DNA of 64,000 nucleotides from Azolla caroliniana (taxonomy: Eukaryota > Plantae > Polypodiophyta), in assembly GCA_043228905.1 (NCBI GenBank), contig JBHGNT010000015.1, positions 10,850,001-10,914,000 on the forward strand, read 5' to 3'. This document shows positions 53,021 through 64,000 of the stretch, piece by piece. The translations under genes were made by a program, and so were the position numbers. The notes beneath the pieces are model-generated. The model had not been told where the DNA came from. It did no database searches and saw nothing but the letters and a program-made list of their open reading frames with translations. Within the stretch, counting starts at the first letter, position 1; each line of letters begins with the position of its first letter.

Positions 53021-55695
53021 CTTCCGACCCGACTCTCGCTTGGTTCTTACCTGGAACTCCTTGAACATTGGCAATACTTGATCCTTCATCTTCAGTACGA
53101 AGGCCCATGTTTTCCGACTATAGTTGTCAATAAACGTTACAAAGTATTGTCCACCTTGATGCGATGGAGCATCTACATAGTACACATCCGTGTGTACTAG
53201 GTCTAGAGCAACTTCTCTTCTTCTTGGTGGTCTTGTGTGGAATGTTGCTCTGTTCTGCTTACCAATGAAGCAGTCGACACACTTTTCCAAGTGCACTGCC
53301 TTGACTTCTGGTAGAAGCTTCTGGTTGGCCAACAGATCCATTCCCTTCTTGCTCATGTGGCTGAGTCTCTTGTGCCATAACTCTCCGCTCAAGTCAGCTA
53401 CCACATTCACTTCCGACTTGCACATTCGGGCATGCATCATATATAGTGTGCCCTCTTTCTGTGCTCGTGCCACTATGAGGTTTTCCACGACAGAACTTCC
53501 ACTTGCCGTTTCAGAAGCTAGTACCACTATAGCCTTCGTCATCCAACCTTCCAGTCAATTTATATTCGATTTGATATCGGGGACATGTCGAAATTCCTTC
53601 AGGGTCAATTGACACCCTGTTGACGTTGTCAAGCAGACACTTCCGACTCCAAATATCTTGCACTCTCCATTGTCACCCATCTTTACATAACCATGATCTC
53701 CAGCTATGTAAGTCGAGAAATACTCTCTTGACGGAGTTATATGGAAAGATGCACCGGAGTTGATCACCCAAGTGCATTCTTCACTCGCTAGGTTTGCACT
53801 TGTTTGTTCATAGATGAACATAAGTTCTTCATTGCTTGTAGCAATGGCCGAAGTGCCCTTTTCATCAGGAATCTTCTTGGGTTCGACATTATTACCGACA
53901 CTCTTGTCCTTCTTAAGATGTCGGGAGTCCTTTTGGAAATGTCCAGGCTTTCCACAATAAAAGCATGTTAGCTTACCTCTTGACTTCGATCTAGCTTGGG
54001 ACCTTTCTCTCCTTGGTGGACTCCTTTGCCGGTTCCTCCACTGCCGGTATGTTGAGTCAGGTTTGACTCCGACTGGACCAGGACACCCTTGTCCTTCCTT
54101 CTAGTCTCCTCGTTCAAGATGCTTGTCTTTACCGCTTGTATTGACAAGTTCTCTTCCTGACACAAGGTGCTGAGAGTCACCACTAGATTCTCCCAGCTGT
54201 TTGGCAGGGTACACAACAACAGGATGACCTGCATTGCATCCTCAAGGGGAAACTTGGTTGCATCAAGTTGATTTACGTACCCCATGAATGTGCTGATGTG
54301 TTCAACGATGCTCTCACCGTCTTTGTATTTCAGCCGTAAGATCTTTCTCATCAGTGAGGTTTTATTGAGGGCATTCTTCCTCTCGTATAGAACGCATACC
54401 TTCTGCCACATCTTGTGGGCATTTGTGTCGTTCACCACATGTTGAAAGACACTTACATCGATGCATTGTTGGATGGTGGCCTCCACCTTTCTGTTAAGAA
54501 GTTTCCATTCCAACTCTAATACCCCCGTGGGTATTTCTGCTCCATCGATTGACTCGTATAGGCCTTTGACTATGAGAAGGTCATTCATCTTTATCTTCCA
54601 GTCTGCATAATTTTGAGAGTTCAGAACTATCATACCTAGGAAGCCACTCACACCTCCTTCCATGCTTGCACCTAACGTTCTAATACCAGTTTGTTGAGAA
54701 TCGAATCTCCAAATCTATGAGAAAGACTAACTCGGAAATACACAATACACGAAGAAACAACAAATGCATAGTACATGGTGATTTACGTGGAAACCCTAAA
54801 CAAAGAAAACCACGGGAACAAAGATTCCACTATACAGAGAGAATACATGATGAGATCAGAATACAACACTCTCCACTCGGAGTGTATCAGCCGCATAAGC
54901 CTCTTGGCCTCAAAACTCACTTAGTTATGGCGCCACTCTCTCTCTCTCTTTCTCTCTCTCTCATCCTCTCTTCTCTATCGCTAGCACCAATAGACAATCA
55001 CATACACGCAACAACAACTCATCTATTTGCCCTAGGTGTAATTATACTAATACATAGAATGGGCTATTTACAATCATGGTCATTATTATTATCTAACAAC
55101 AATAATAATAATAGTCTTACTAATCCACCGACTATTGGGTCAGTCTGACTAGTTGGCCTGGTCATCGACATCCGGTCAGCCCGACTAGCCGGTCGTGTCT
55201 TCGACCTCGATCAACTCTTGTCAACTCTCCATGTCAACTCTCTCAGAGTCGAATCCTCGACTGTTGGATCTTATCCGACCAGTCAGATGTTCCCTGTCTT
55301 CGACATTCGGCTCTCTCCGAGCAGTCAACTCCTCCCACTAGAGGGACATATATCAGAGAAATCTACATTCAATTGCCGAACGACAATTCAATTCACCTTG
55401 CACTGAGTCTTGCATGTACCTGAGCTGAAGAGGAGTTTGGTCTCCATTGACATACTAGCCGAAGCTGGGTATCGGACGACTCTAAGTGAGTCGTCAGTCA
55501 TGGATTCCCCTCCCTATGTCAACACGACTAACAGACAAGGATTGTTCTTCAACCGACAATGAGAGAGAGCTCTATGGAAAGATACCCTATGCATCGGCCG
55601 TAGGAAGTATCCTATATGCAATGGTGGCGACCCGACCTGACCTTGCATATGACGTAGGGTCATCAACTGATACATTTTGAACCTAGGATGGAAGC

Positions 55696-56940
55696 TGTTA
55701 AGAATTAGGTAAGTAATTAAACAATGATTAATTAGTACCTAATTATGTGATTAGTTGATAAGCGGAAGATTATGTGATATGTGTGTGAGAGGAAGAGAGA
55801 GAGAGAGAGAGGGATACACTTATGAACAATACAAGATGGGGGATGAGTAACTATATTAAATTAGCATTATCATCATCAAATACAAAAATACCTTCGATGA
55901 GGTATATATAGGTTTCATGTGCAAGGGTGCACATGTGCTAGGAGAATATAGGTACAATGTGTAAGTCCTATATTAAATGAGCATGGAGTGGTGGATCTAC
56001 AATGTATCCCACTCGAGTACAAAATAATATTTAAGGCTTTATGGTCAACACACTAACTAGATTCTATCTAGGTAACTACTAAGTTACATGTGTTGACTAA
56101 CTAACTAAACTAAGTTGAGCTTGATCTCTCAACATGCCCCTTCAAGCTCAAGTGTGAGGCGTCCAACATCCGGCGTTGTTTTCGGCGTTGTTCAACTTTC
56201 GATGTCAGCTTCTGTGTGGCTTCCGTCCAGCCTTCGACTTTCTTTGTCGTGGCAATCTCGGGTCCTCGCCTTCAAGCCGGTGACGAAGGCTTGTAGTGTG
56301 TGGGTGAAGGCCGACTACTTCCACCCATCGTGGGTGACGAGCCGCTTTGGTGGAGCTCTTGGGCTCTTGTTCCACTGCTACCTTCATCGTGAAGGCATAG
56401 TGATGGGCCATATACTCGTTGTAGCCGAGCCGCGTGACGAGGTTCTTAGCTCTAGATGAGCGTTGAAGTTTTTTGCTCGCCGATGTGAGCGCCTTCTTTA
56501 CTCCGGGTGTCCACATGATGGGTACACCGAACTCACTGTCTAGTGAGGGAGCCGATCCATCCGAATCATTGTCGTCGGGGTGGTCGACTTCGTATTCGGG
56601 CATCTTGCCCTTGTCCGATTTCAGACTTGGCCGCGACGTGCTTGGGTCACGTGAAGATTCTTGTGGCCCACAAGGCTTTGCCATAATCGGAATTTCTTCG
56701 TTCATATGCGCGAGTTGATCTTCGGCTTCTACCTCTTGTTCGGCGTAATCTGCATCGAGCGTAGTCTGAGTCGAAGAGGTGTCTGGTGCGTACCAGGATG
56801 CTTAATCATCGAAGACTACGTCTCGACTTATGCGAACTTCTCGTGTTGACAGCTTGTAGCACTTGTACGCCTTCTTCTCGGACGCGTATCCTATGAGGAT
56901 GCATTTCTCCGACTTCATGTCGGGCTTCTGTCGTTGTTTG
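55696..56940 (-). mobile_element. copia 3' LTR (55696-56134), PPT and internally deleted INT/RT remnant
   Basis: Minus strand TTGAAGGGGCA-TGTTGAGAG. LDSEFGVP...GYNEYMAHHYAF matches the 21.6-21.8 kb region. Confidence 0.85.
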
Positions 56941-59900
56941 TGTTAACTCTTAGGGCCAAACAATGGCCTAACACAGGGTGTCTACGGAAGACACTTCACC
57001 AAAGGGGTGTTACGGCAAGAGGATTAGGCTCAACGATTAATCCGACTTAATTAGGTTACTTAGCAAGATCGTCCTTAATAATCACACGCGTAAGATATAA
57101 CAATGAATGCAGAACGGAAATTAACACAGAGAGATAAAAACACTAAGCTTCATTAATTATCCGCTCCACATTACATTGTATCCGGGCCTTTAAATAGGTT
57201 TCCGGTTTGTAGTACAAAACGGTGCCATCCGCACCTGTTCGGGATCAGTCCGGATCCGGAACGGCATACCGATTCCGGTCCGTCCGTCCACACTAATAGC
57301 TCACTTACAACCATTACTTAATAATTAAATAACTCCTTCGTTTCACACTCTGGACTCCTTTGCCGGCCGGTAACACATGGCACGCTCGTGGGACAGTACC
57401 TTGTACGTCGAATCCACCATCTGACCCTTGCTATTCTTCGTCCAAAATATCCAGAATGCTTTGTTCGAGAGTCTCCAATGGTTCATCTGGAACTGGTTGT
57501 TGTTGTTGTTGTTGCTGCTCCGTTGATGGCTGCTGCGACTGGTCCGTTGGTGGCTGCTGCAGCTGCTCCTCCGTTTGTTGCTCTGACACCGGCGTTACCA
57601 TCGTTGCTCCCTCTGTCGTAGTGGTCTCCGGTTGACTGGTTCCGGCCTGGCCCTCGTTCGGCGACGATTCCTTATCACTAAGGTTAACCGTTGCCGCTTC
57701 CCGAACCCGGGACTGCTCGTAGCTCTCAAACTGGATTTGAGCGTCCAACCTATCATCGTCTAGCTGAGCTACGAGTTGCCGGACCTGCACCAGCTGTTCA
57801 TCCGCCAGGACCTGGAAGTCTTCGGCCAGCTTGTCCCGTATGGCGGTGAAGTCCTCGGAAGTCAACGTGTAACAATCATCTCCTTCCTTCCGCCGGTTTT
57901 CCACGTCTGCCCATAGCAATTGGAGTTCCGCCGTATTTTGTGCCCACTTTGTCCACCATCTTATGGAGCTTTCGTCAATCAAGTGTTTTGTTTGATTCAG
58001 CCATGCCCGGACGATGCACTGAATCCGACCCGTTCCCATCTGTGATTTGATCTCCGCAGCTTGCCGTTCCTCCTTCAATTGCTTGATGATTTTGACGTTG
58101 TCGTCCGCCTGCTCCTTGTAATGCATCAATTGCCCTTGATATGTGCTTTGTAATTTTTGCAATACCGTTGACGCTCTCTCCCTTTCTTCCTGCTGCTGCC
58201 TCTAGAGCTCCATCCGCACCCTCTCCGCCTCATCCAATCGTCTTGTATTTTCTGCTCGTTCGTCGGCGAGCGCCGTCGCGGCCTGATCAACTTCCTGCTA
58301 GAGCTCGGCCATCCGTTCCTTATGCTCCATTTCCAGCCGTTTGTAGTCCTGATGCAGGTGCTCAAAATCATCTGTCTTTTGCTTGAGCCGTACGTTGATC
58401 TGTCGACGGGCCCGGTCCTCACGGTCCTTTTGCTGGCGGAGCTCCTCCTTTAGCCGTTCAATTTCTGTTTCCACCGTCTTCCGCAACTTGTCCTTTTCCT
58501 GCAGCACTTTGTCTTTTTCCTCCCTTAGCCGGTCGTAAGCTTGATGGCCTTTCCGGAGGCTCTCCTCTGCCCGGCGGAGGTTCTCAACAGTCTTCTTTAA
58601 TTCTGCTTCGACCGCTGTCTTCAATTCCTGTTCATGGCTCCTTAGCGCTTCTTGTGCGGCAAGTTCATCTCTCAATTCCGCAAGCTCCTGGGCTTGCGCC
58701 GCATCTCTCTCTGGAACGGTTTCCGTTGCCGGGGTCTTATTAGTATGTACAGGTTGGTCTGTTTCTTTATTCTATACACTTACTGGAGTCACCGGTGCTT
58801 GGATTTGTGTTGCCGTTAAGGCCATTTTGGCCATTTCTGCCGTGACCTGATCCAAGTCTTTTTCAAGGCACCGGATTCCGGATTCTCTAGTTGTTCGGTT
58901 GTGATGAGCAACCGTTCGCTTTGCGCTCTTTCTTCCGCCTCAATATACCCCACTGCTCCGGCAATCTGTTCGCCTATCCACCGGAGCCACAGGCTACCGG
59001 TGCATTGTTGTTGCGCTTGCACGGAGGTTTGACGGATGGGCTCGCTTGTGGGTGGGTGGTCCCGCTTGATTGCGCCGAGTTGCAATTCCGTTTCTGCCCG
59101 TGGACCACCCTGCTGTCCTGGTTCCCCTTGCGCTTCTTCTTGGTTGGCCGAGGGAGGCTGCATTGACCTTTCCGGCTCTGGCGGTACGGGACTTGACGGT
59201 GCTGCCGGTGGTGCAGGGGCTTCTGATTCCGGTGCCATGCGCACCGGTTCCGGTTCCTCCCTTGGCGTGGGAGTCTCAGTATGGGGAGCCGGTGTTACCT
59301 CCGTCTGAGGGTCCGAACGTTTCCCGGCTGCCTCAACGGTCCTTGCCAACAACCGTCGCTGGAGGTGCTCCGAAGGCTCCTCCTCTATTTCCTCTTCCTG
59401 AGTCCCGACATTGATTTCCGCCGCCAAGGGGTCCGCTTCTCTATTCACCGGTCGGCGGAGTGTAATCTTTACGGGTCGTACCGGTGGTTTCTCCTACGCA
59501 TCCGTTGGCCGCTTCCGGTTGGCGTGCTCCTTTCCCGCCTGTTCTGCGTCCGCCGCCTTCCCCTTAGTGGCCTTAGAGGCCAACAATTATTGTCTTTTGG
59601 AAGCAGTCTTTGGGGTGCCGTCTGCCACTCTTCCCCGCTTCTTGGGCTGGACGGGCTGGACGGGTGGCAGAAGCAAGGTGAGCCACTACGTTATTGCGTG
59701 CCATATCTTCCGTCCGTCTCGGCCTTCTTTGCCGTCTTTTCCTCTGATGATCTCGATCGCCGCACACAAACTGTCTGCGATCAATACCGGCCAATCCACC
59801 TTGATCCCTTCATAGGTGGTATCATCCCTGCCCGGTTCTGCGGTATGACAGGGGGTCTAGGGTACACATGGCCGTATTCGTGGAGCACACGGGCAATCTC

Positions 59901-61830
59901 GCGGAACAACATATCTCCGCCGCCCTGTGTCCGGTAGCCCTTGCTGGCTAGGGAGTACTCACCAAAATACTTGATGAGTTGCTCCGAGGTCGTATTGTCG
60001 ATCGTGAATATGCCTCCCTCCGGAAGGCCTGTTAACGCACGGATTGCCTCCTCCGTTATGACCTCTGTGTCGATTTCTTTGATCACCTTGTCGGCTTCTT
60101 TGTGTGGCGGTGCCTCCATAATCGTCAAGAAGCCCTCGAGCCCGTGTTGCTTTAGCCATTTCTTGGCGGCTTCCGACAACGTTTGCGGGTCCATGTCTGT
60201 GTCGAGGTCGGATTGTGGTGGCGAGGTTGGATGGTGATGAGAGTGAGAGTGAGAGAGAGAGAGTTCAGAAAGCGGGGGTTCTCTGTGCGTGGGTTCTCAT
60301 CTGATGATCTTCCAATGCCTTGGTGCTTCTGTGCTCCTGGGTTCGCGAAATGAGAAGGTCTCCATGCGCTGTGGTTTTTCTCTGTGCATTCTGGCGCCTT
60401 TTTCGAGCGTGTGCACGTCGTGTACTAAAATAGCATTATGTCCTGTGGCGGCGCTTAAATGCCCACTATGTACCTTTTCACTCCTCGCTCTCTCGTCCGT
60501 TCATACCCTGCTTTTGCATGATTACTTTGCTTTTTATTTATTATTTATTTTTTTAAATGTAGTGTGAGGTTACTTGTCCGTTGGTCCTATCGGACCCTTA
60601 CCGGCCTCATTACGGTTTGCCGTCGCCTCATTCTCCCCAGTTACCGGCTTGCCGTCTCCTCCGTCTTGGTGGTTGCCGTTTCCCTCACAGGTTGCCGTTT
60701 CCACACCGGTTCCCGATCCGGTGTCGGTCCTTTGCTCAAATGGGTTCTTGGGCATCGGTCCTCTATATGGCTTCAATCTGAATCCGTTGACCCATTTGCC
60801 TAGCACTTCGCCGGCAAGTGTCCCTCACTGGTAGGATCCATTATACTCACGTGTCAGCCAATACGGGCCGGTCCATCTAAACCGTAGTTTACCCGGCATC
60901 TTGCCCATCCGGGTCTGAAATACTAACACCGGCTTGCCGATTTCGAACATTTTTTCATTTCCTTTCCTGTGCCGGTCGACAAATGCTTTCCGTCGCCGTT
61001 GTTCCAATTCTAAGTGCAGGATGCTTGCCAGTCGTTGTTCCTCGAGTTCACACAACGCTGTTAACCGTATTGCCTTCGACTCCTTCTCGTTCAGCCGTTC
61101 CCGTAGCTGGATCCGTAAGCTTGGTACTTGGAATTCCACTGGCATGACCGCCTCTAGTCCGAACGCTAACCGGAACGGTGTTGTTCGGATGCTCGTTTTG
61201 TATGCTGTCCGGTATGCCCAAAGCGCGCTATGTAGCTTGGTATCCCAATCTGTTCGGTTTTCGTTGACGATCTTCCGGAGGATATTCTGGAGCGTTTTGT
61301 TCGTCGACTCAGCTAACCCGTTTGCTTGCGGATAGTACGGTGTGCTCCGTTTATGGACAACGGCATAGAATGTCGTCAGGCTTTCCACTACTTGGCCGAG
61401 AAAGTGCCCCCCTTGATCGCTTATTAATTCGATTGGGCATCCGTAACGGCACCAGATGTATTCGTATAGAAATTTTTCCGTTGACGCAGCGGTGTTGTCT
61501 CTTAAGGCTTTGGCCTCCACCCATTTCGTGCAGTAATATGTCGCGACGATGACGTACCGATTACCTGTTCTCATCGCCGGTGGTTTGAACGGTCCAACAA
61601 AGTCCAGCCCCCACTTCTGGAATGGTTCGAGTGGTAGTACAGGCTGGTGTGGCATCCGAGCTTGCTCCGTTGGCTGGCCCATTCGCTGGCATAGGTCACA
61701 TTCTTTTGCATACCGTACAACATCTCTTAATGTAGTTGGCCACCATAGGCTACTTTGCCATATTTTCCTGGCCGTCACATCTTCGGCATAGTGACCTCCG
61801 GCAACTCCGCAGTGGGCTTCCCTCAGTATG
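56941..61830 (-). mobile_element. Ty3/gypsy (non-chromovirus, Tat/Athila-like) 3' part: integrase, extra ORF, 3' LTR ~56941-57375
   Basis: ILREAHCGVAGGHY...CDLCQ, KWGLDFVGP, YYPQANGLAE, WTGPY (GPY/F). LTR end similar to LTR 61831-62219. Confidence 0.88.
57431..60365 (-). pseudogene. Extra 3' ORF of the gypsy element (coiled-coil rich, disrupted)
   Basis: Chain of same-strand ORFs 59781-60194, 58816-59448, 58298-58675, 57431-58162. In-frame ATG at 60365 with one TGA before 60194. Confidence 0.7.
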
Positions 61831-62271
61831 TGTTGGCCGGTCAGAAGAGCAAGGACAAGTGGGAAGGCGGAGTCGGATCAGATAATAGGAAGTAAATAAT
61901 AGTATATTTATTATTTGGAGGGACGGATCCAGTACAGTTGTACCGATCCGGATCCAGACCGATTTGGATGCCGGTTGCCTAAGCGCACCGATTGTAACCT
62001 TGCCGGATGCCTATAAAAGGATCCGATGATTTGTAAATGCTTTACGGAAGTAATACAATTATACTTATTGCGTGTTTATCTTTGTCTTTGTATTGTTTTA
62101 CCGTCTGTGCTTAGTGTAATCATCTTACGTGTGTAACCTAGCATCCAATCCTTACCACCCCTTTGGAGAAGTGTCGGATAGACACCTGTGTTGAGGCTAG
62201 TCCGGCCAGGCATACAACACTATTTTGGCGACCACGATTCCTGCAAAGTGCAGAGGACAACCGGGGGATGG

Positions 62272-64000
62272 ATGTCTAGAACAAACAACGACCACATCAC
62301 CGAACGAGGGAGACGATACACTGAACGAGAGCAACGATGGGAAGCCCTGCAACAAGCCGTCGACGAGATCCGGCGAGATCGGTCATTCTCCAGAACTCTT
62401 CGGAGAGTCGCAGAAGAAGCACTGCAGTTCCGGGTTCTGCAAGTCCCCGATGAAGGCAGTAGCATAACAAGCCTGCAAGAGGCGGAAACGATACTACAGA
62501 CGCTCGCCGGTGGCGACGGGGACTCGGAAGCATTCGCAACACTCGAGGCGGAGTCGGAAAGCGACGGAAGCGTTGCGTCCCGGTATAAAAGCAGCCACGA
62601 CACACCAAACGACCCGGGGGAAGAGGAGTTGGAAGACTCAGTAACACCGGAGCTAGAGGAAGAAATAACCTTGGAGTTCGGTGATCGGCAATCGCCGAGG
62701 GAGGCTGACCGGATACCGACAACACCCGCGAAGGAACCGAAGGACCGGACACCGACAACAACCGCGGAGGAACCGAAGGAGCGGATACCGACAACAGCCG
62801 CGAAGGAACCGAAGGACCGGACACCGACAACACCTGCGGAGGAACCGAATGAGTGGATACCGACAACACCCGCGGAGGAACCAAAGGACCGGACACCGGC
62901 AACACCCGCGGAGGAACTGAAGGAGTGGATACCGACACCAACCGCGGAGGAACCGAAGGTTCTCACACCGACGCCAACAGGAGACAGAGAGCGGAGAGAG
63001 CAAGAGAGTCAGTTGGACGACACGATGCCGTACCCATACCCAAAGTACCGGGATGTGCCCGACGCGGAGGCACACATGTACGCATTCCTCCAAACATGGG
63101 AAGCCAACCATGTTTCCCAAAGACTGATGGAGCCCAAAGCCGAACGATCCAAAGTCGCCGAATTCGGCATGACCTTAGAAGGACCGGCGGCCCGATGGCA
63201 CGCAAAGCACTTACCGGGCAGCTTTGCCACATTCGATGCCTTGAAGGCCAAATTCCTCAGGCTTTTTCACAGACAAGTTGAGCAAAGGGAATTGGTCGGG
63301 CAGTTCTACACCACCCGACAGGAAGAGAACGAGACTGTGCCACAATTCATCATTCGGTTTCAGACCCTGCACAGCCAACTGACGAGAGCACCACTCGAAG
63401 ACGAAGCCAAAGCAGTCTTTTTGACCGCGCTAAAAGAGCCACTTCGAACGATGTGCGGAGTCCTTGATTTCCGCACCAGCACAATGGACCAAGTTATTGA
63501 TCGGGTCTTAGAAATGGACAAGACTAGCTCCTTCTTGTCGATGGGGATGTTACACCGGGCACTCCCGAAGGAGGAAGACCTGAGGTTCCGACAGGCCTTA
63601 CAATGCACAACATGCCTAAATTCGGGCCACTCAATGGTAGACTGCAACCTGTGGACACAATGTATGATCTGCAACTCTCGAGCCCATACAACGGACCGAT
63701 GCGAATATAACCTGTTAAATTGGCAGGCGGCACCGGTTCGACACATAGAACCGCACAATCAGGACCCGGATGAGGATCGATTCCGGAGAGACGACCGCTA
63801 CCAACGCGAACGCAGTGACAGATACGCTGATAGAAGACACGATAACTATGACCGAGAGGAGAAATGCAGAGATAGCTACCCCCGGGACCGGTACGACCGA
63901 GACGAATCCCCGGAATACGAACGACGCAGAGAAGAGAGGCGACAAGGGAACCGGAATTTCCGATGGAATCAGAAGCGTGGATTTTTCCGAAGAGAGGAAC
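62272..64000 (+). CDS. Gag polyprotein N-terminus, open to the window edge (missing from the ORF track)
   Basis: MSRTNNDH..., retrotransposon gag-like FGMTLEGPAARWH...LKAKFLRLF...RQEENETVPQFIIRF, two knuckles CTTCLNSGHSMVDC and CMICNSRAHTTDRC. Confidence 0.85.
   Translation, partial: MSRTNNDHITERGRRYTEREQRWEALQQAVDEIRRDRSFSRTLRRVAEEALQFRVLQVPDEGSSITSLQEAETILQTLAGGDGDSEAFATLEAESESDGSVASRYKSSHDTPNDPGEEELEDSVTPELEEEITLEFGDRQSPREADRIPTTPAKEPKDRTPTTTAEEPKERIPTTAAKEPKDRTPTTPAEEPNEWIPTTPAEEPKDRTPATPAEELKEWIPTPTAEEPKVLTPTPTGDRERREQESQLDDTMPYPYPKYRDVPDAEAHMYAFLQTWEANHVSQRLMEPKAERSKVAEFGMTLEGPAARWHAKHLPGSFATFDALKAKFLRLFHRQVEQRELVGQFYTTRQEENETVPQFIIRFQTLHSQLTRAPLEDEAKAVFLTALKEPLRTMCGVLDFRTSTMDQVIDRVLEMDKTSSFLSMGMLHRALPKEEDLRFRQALQCTTCLNSGHSMVDCNLWTQCMICNSRAHTTDRCEYNLLNWQAAPVRHIEPHNQDPDEDRFRRDDRYQRERSDRYADRRHDNYDREEKCRDSYPRDRYDRDESPEYERRREERRQGNRNFRWNQKRGFFRREE
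62710..62961 (+). repeat. 36-bp coding tandem repeat x7 (RIPTTPAKEPKD-like)
   Basis: Direct reading. ATA/ACA and GAC/GAG variants alternate. Confidence 0.93.

Larger units (their letters stand above)
49054..55351 (-). mobile_element. Near-full-length decayed Ty1/copia element (LTRs 49054-50012 and 54692-55351)
   Basis: Paired LTRs starting TGTTGAGAATCGAATCTCC, degenerate Met PBS 54677-54688, gag/PR/INT/RT/RH ORF pieces, PPT GAAGGGGGAG near 50015-50024. Confidence 0.93.
47539..55695 (+). mobile_element. Old Ty1/copia element (5' LTR 47539-47799, PBS), host of the 49054-55351 element
   Basis: TGTTGG...TTCAACA, PBS TGGTATCAGAG 47802-47812, gag EIQKFNGKNFALWK, protease WLLDSGTTFHV. Resumes at ~55417 (VPELKRSLVSI), then an RT piece IPYASAVGS. 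Confidence 0.88.
61831..64000 (+). mobile_element. Younger Ty3/gypsy inserted in the integrase of the previous element: 5' LTR 61831-62219, PBS-like TGGCGACCAC, gag
   Basis: TGTTG...CAACA termini, TATA CCTATAAAAGG. Confidence 0.9.

Noticed and set aside
62220-63120. Antisense repetitive ORFs (248, 214, 155 aa)
   Set aside because: Reverse-strand shadows of the gag 36-bp repeat

Overview
Eukaryotic land-plant DNA, probably a fern or other non-flowering vascular plant (inferred from TE families and intron sizes). About 70% is nested transposable elements. There are two intact host genes facing each other: a multi-exon golgin-84/GC1 gene (+, ATG 30712, stop 41845) and an intronless BIR-type LRR receptor pseudokinase (-, 46298-44451). 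There is also a decayed RACK1 fragment (15227-15633). The TE content is at least 7 Ty1/copia pieces, 3 Ty3/gypsy-type elements, several solo LTRs, 5 hAT-type non-autonomous elements with 8-bp TSDs (three exact, two degenerate), LINE remnants and degenerate (TACA)n/(CT)n tracts. The most unusual observations are: (i) a Gag-protease-only LTR element whose LTRs carry two tRNA-like Pol III A/B-box modules and a dense RY (CATGCA) array next to the TATA box; (ii) two related insertions at the same TACGTG target with a 4-bp ACGT duplication; (iii) a RACK1 fragment inside diverged inverted termini (Pack-type capture); (iv) a gypsy with a ~2.9-kb extra sense ORF between integrase and 3' LTR. No CRISPR, rRNA or prokaryotic system is supported. 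All calls are from manual reading, and no database searches were run.
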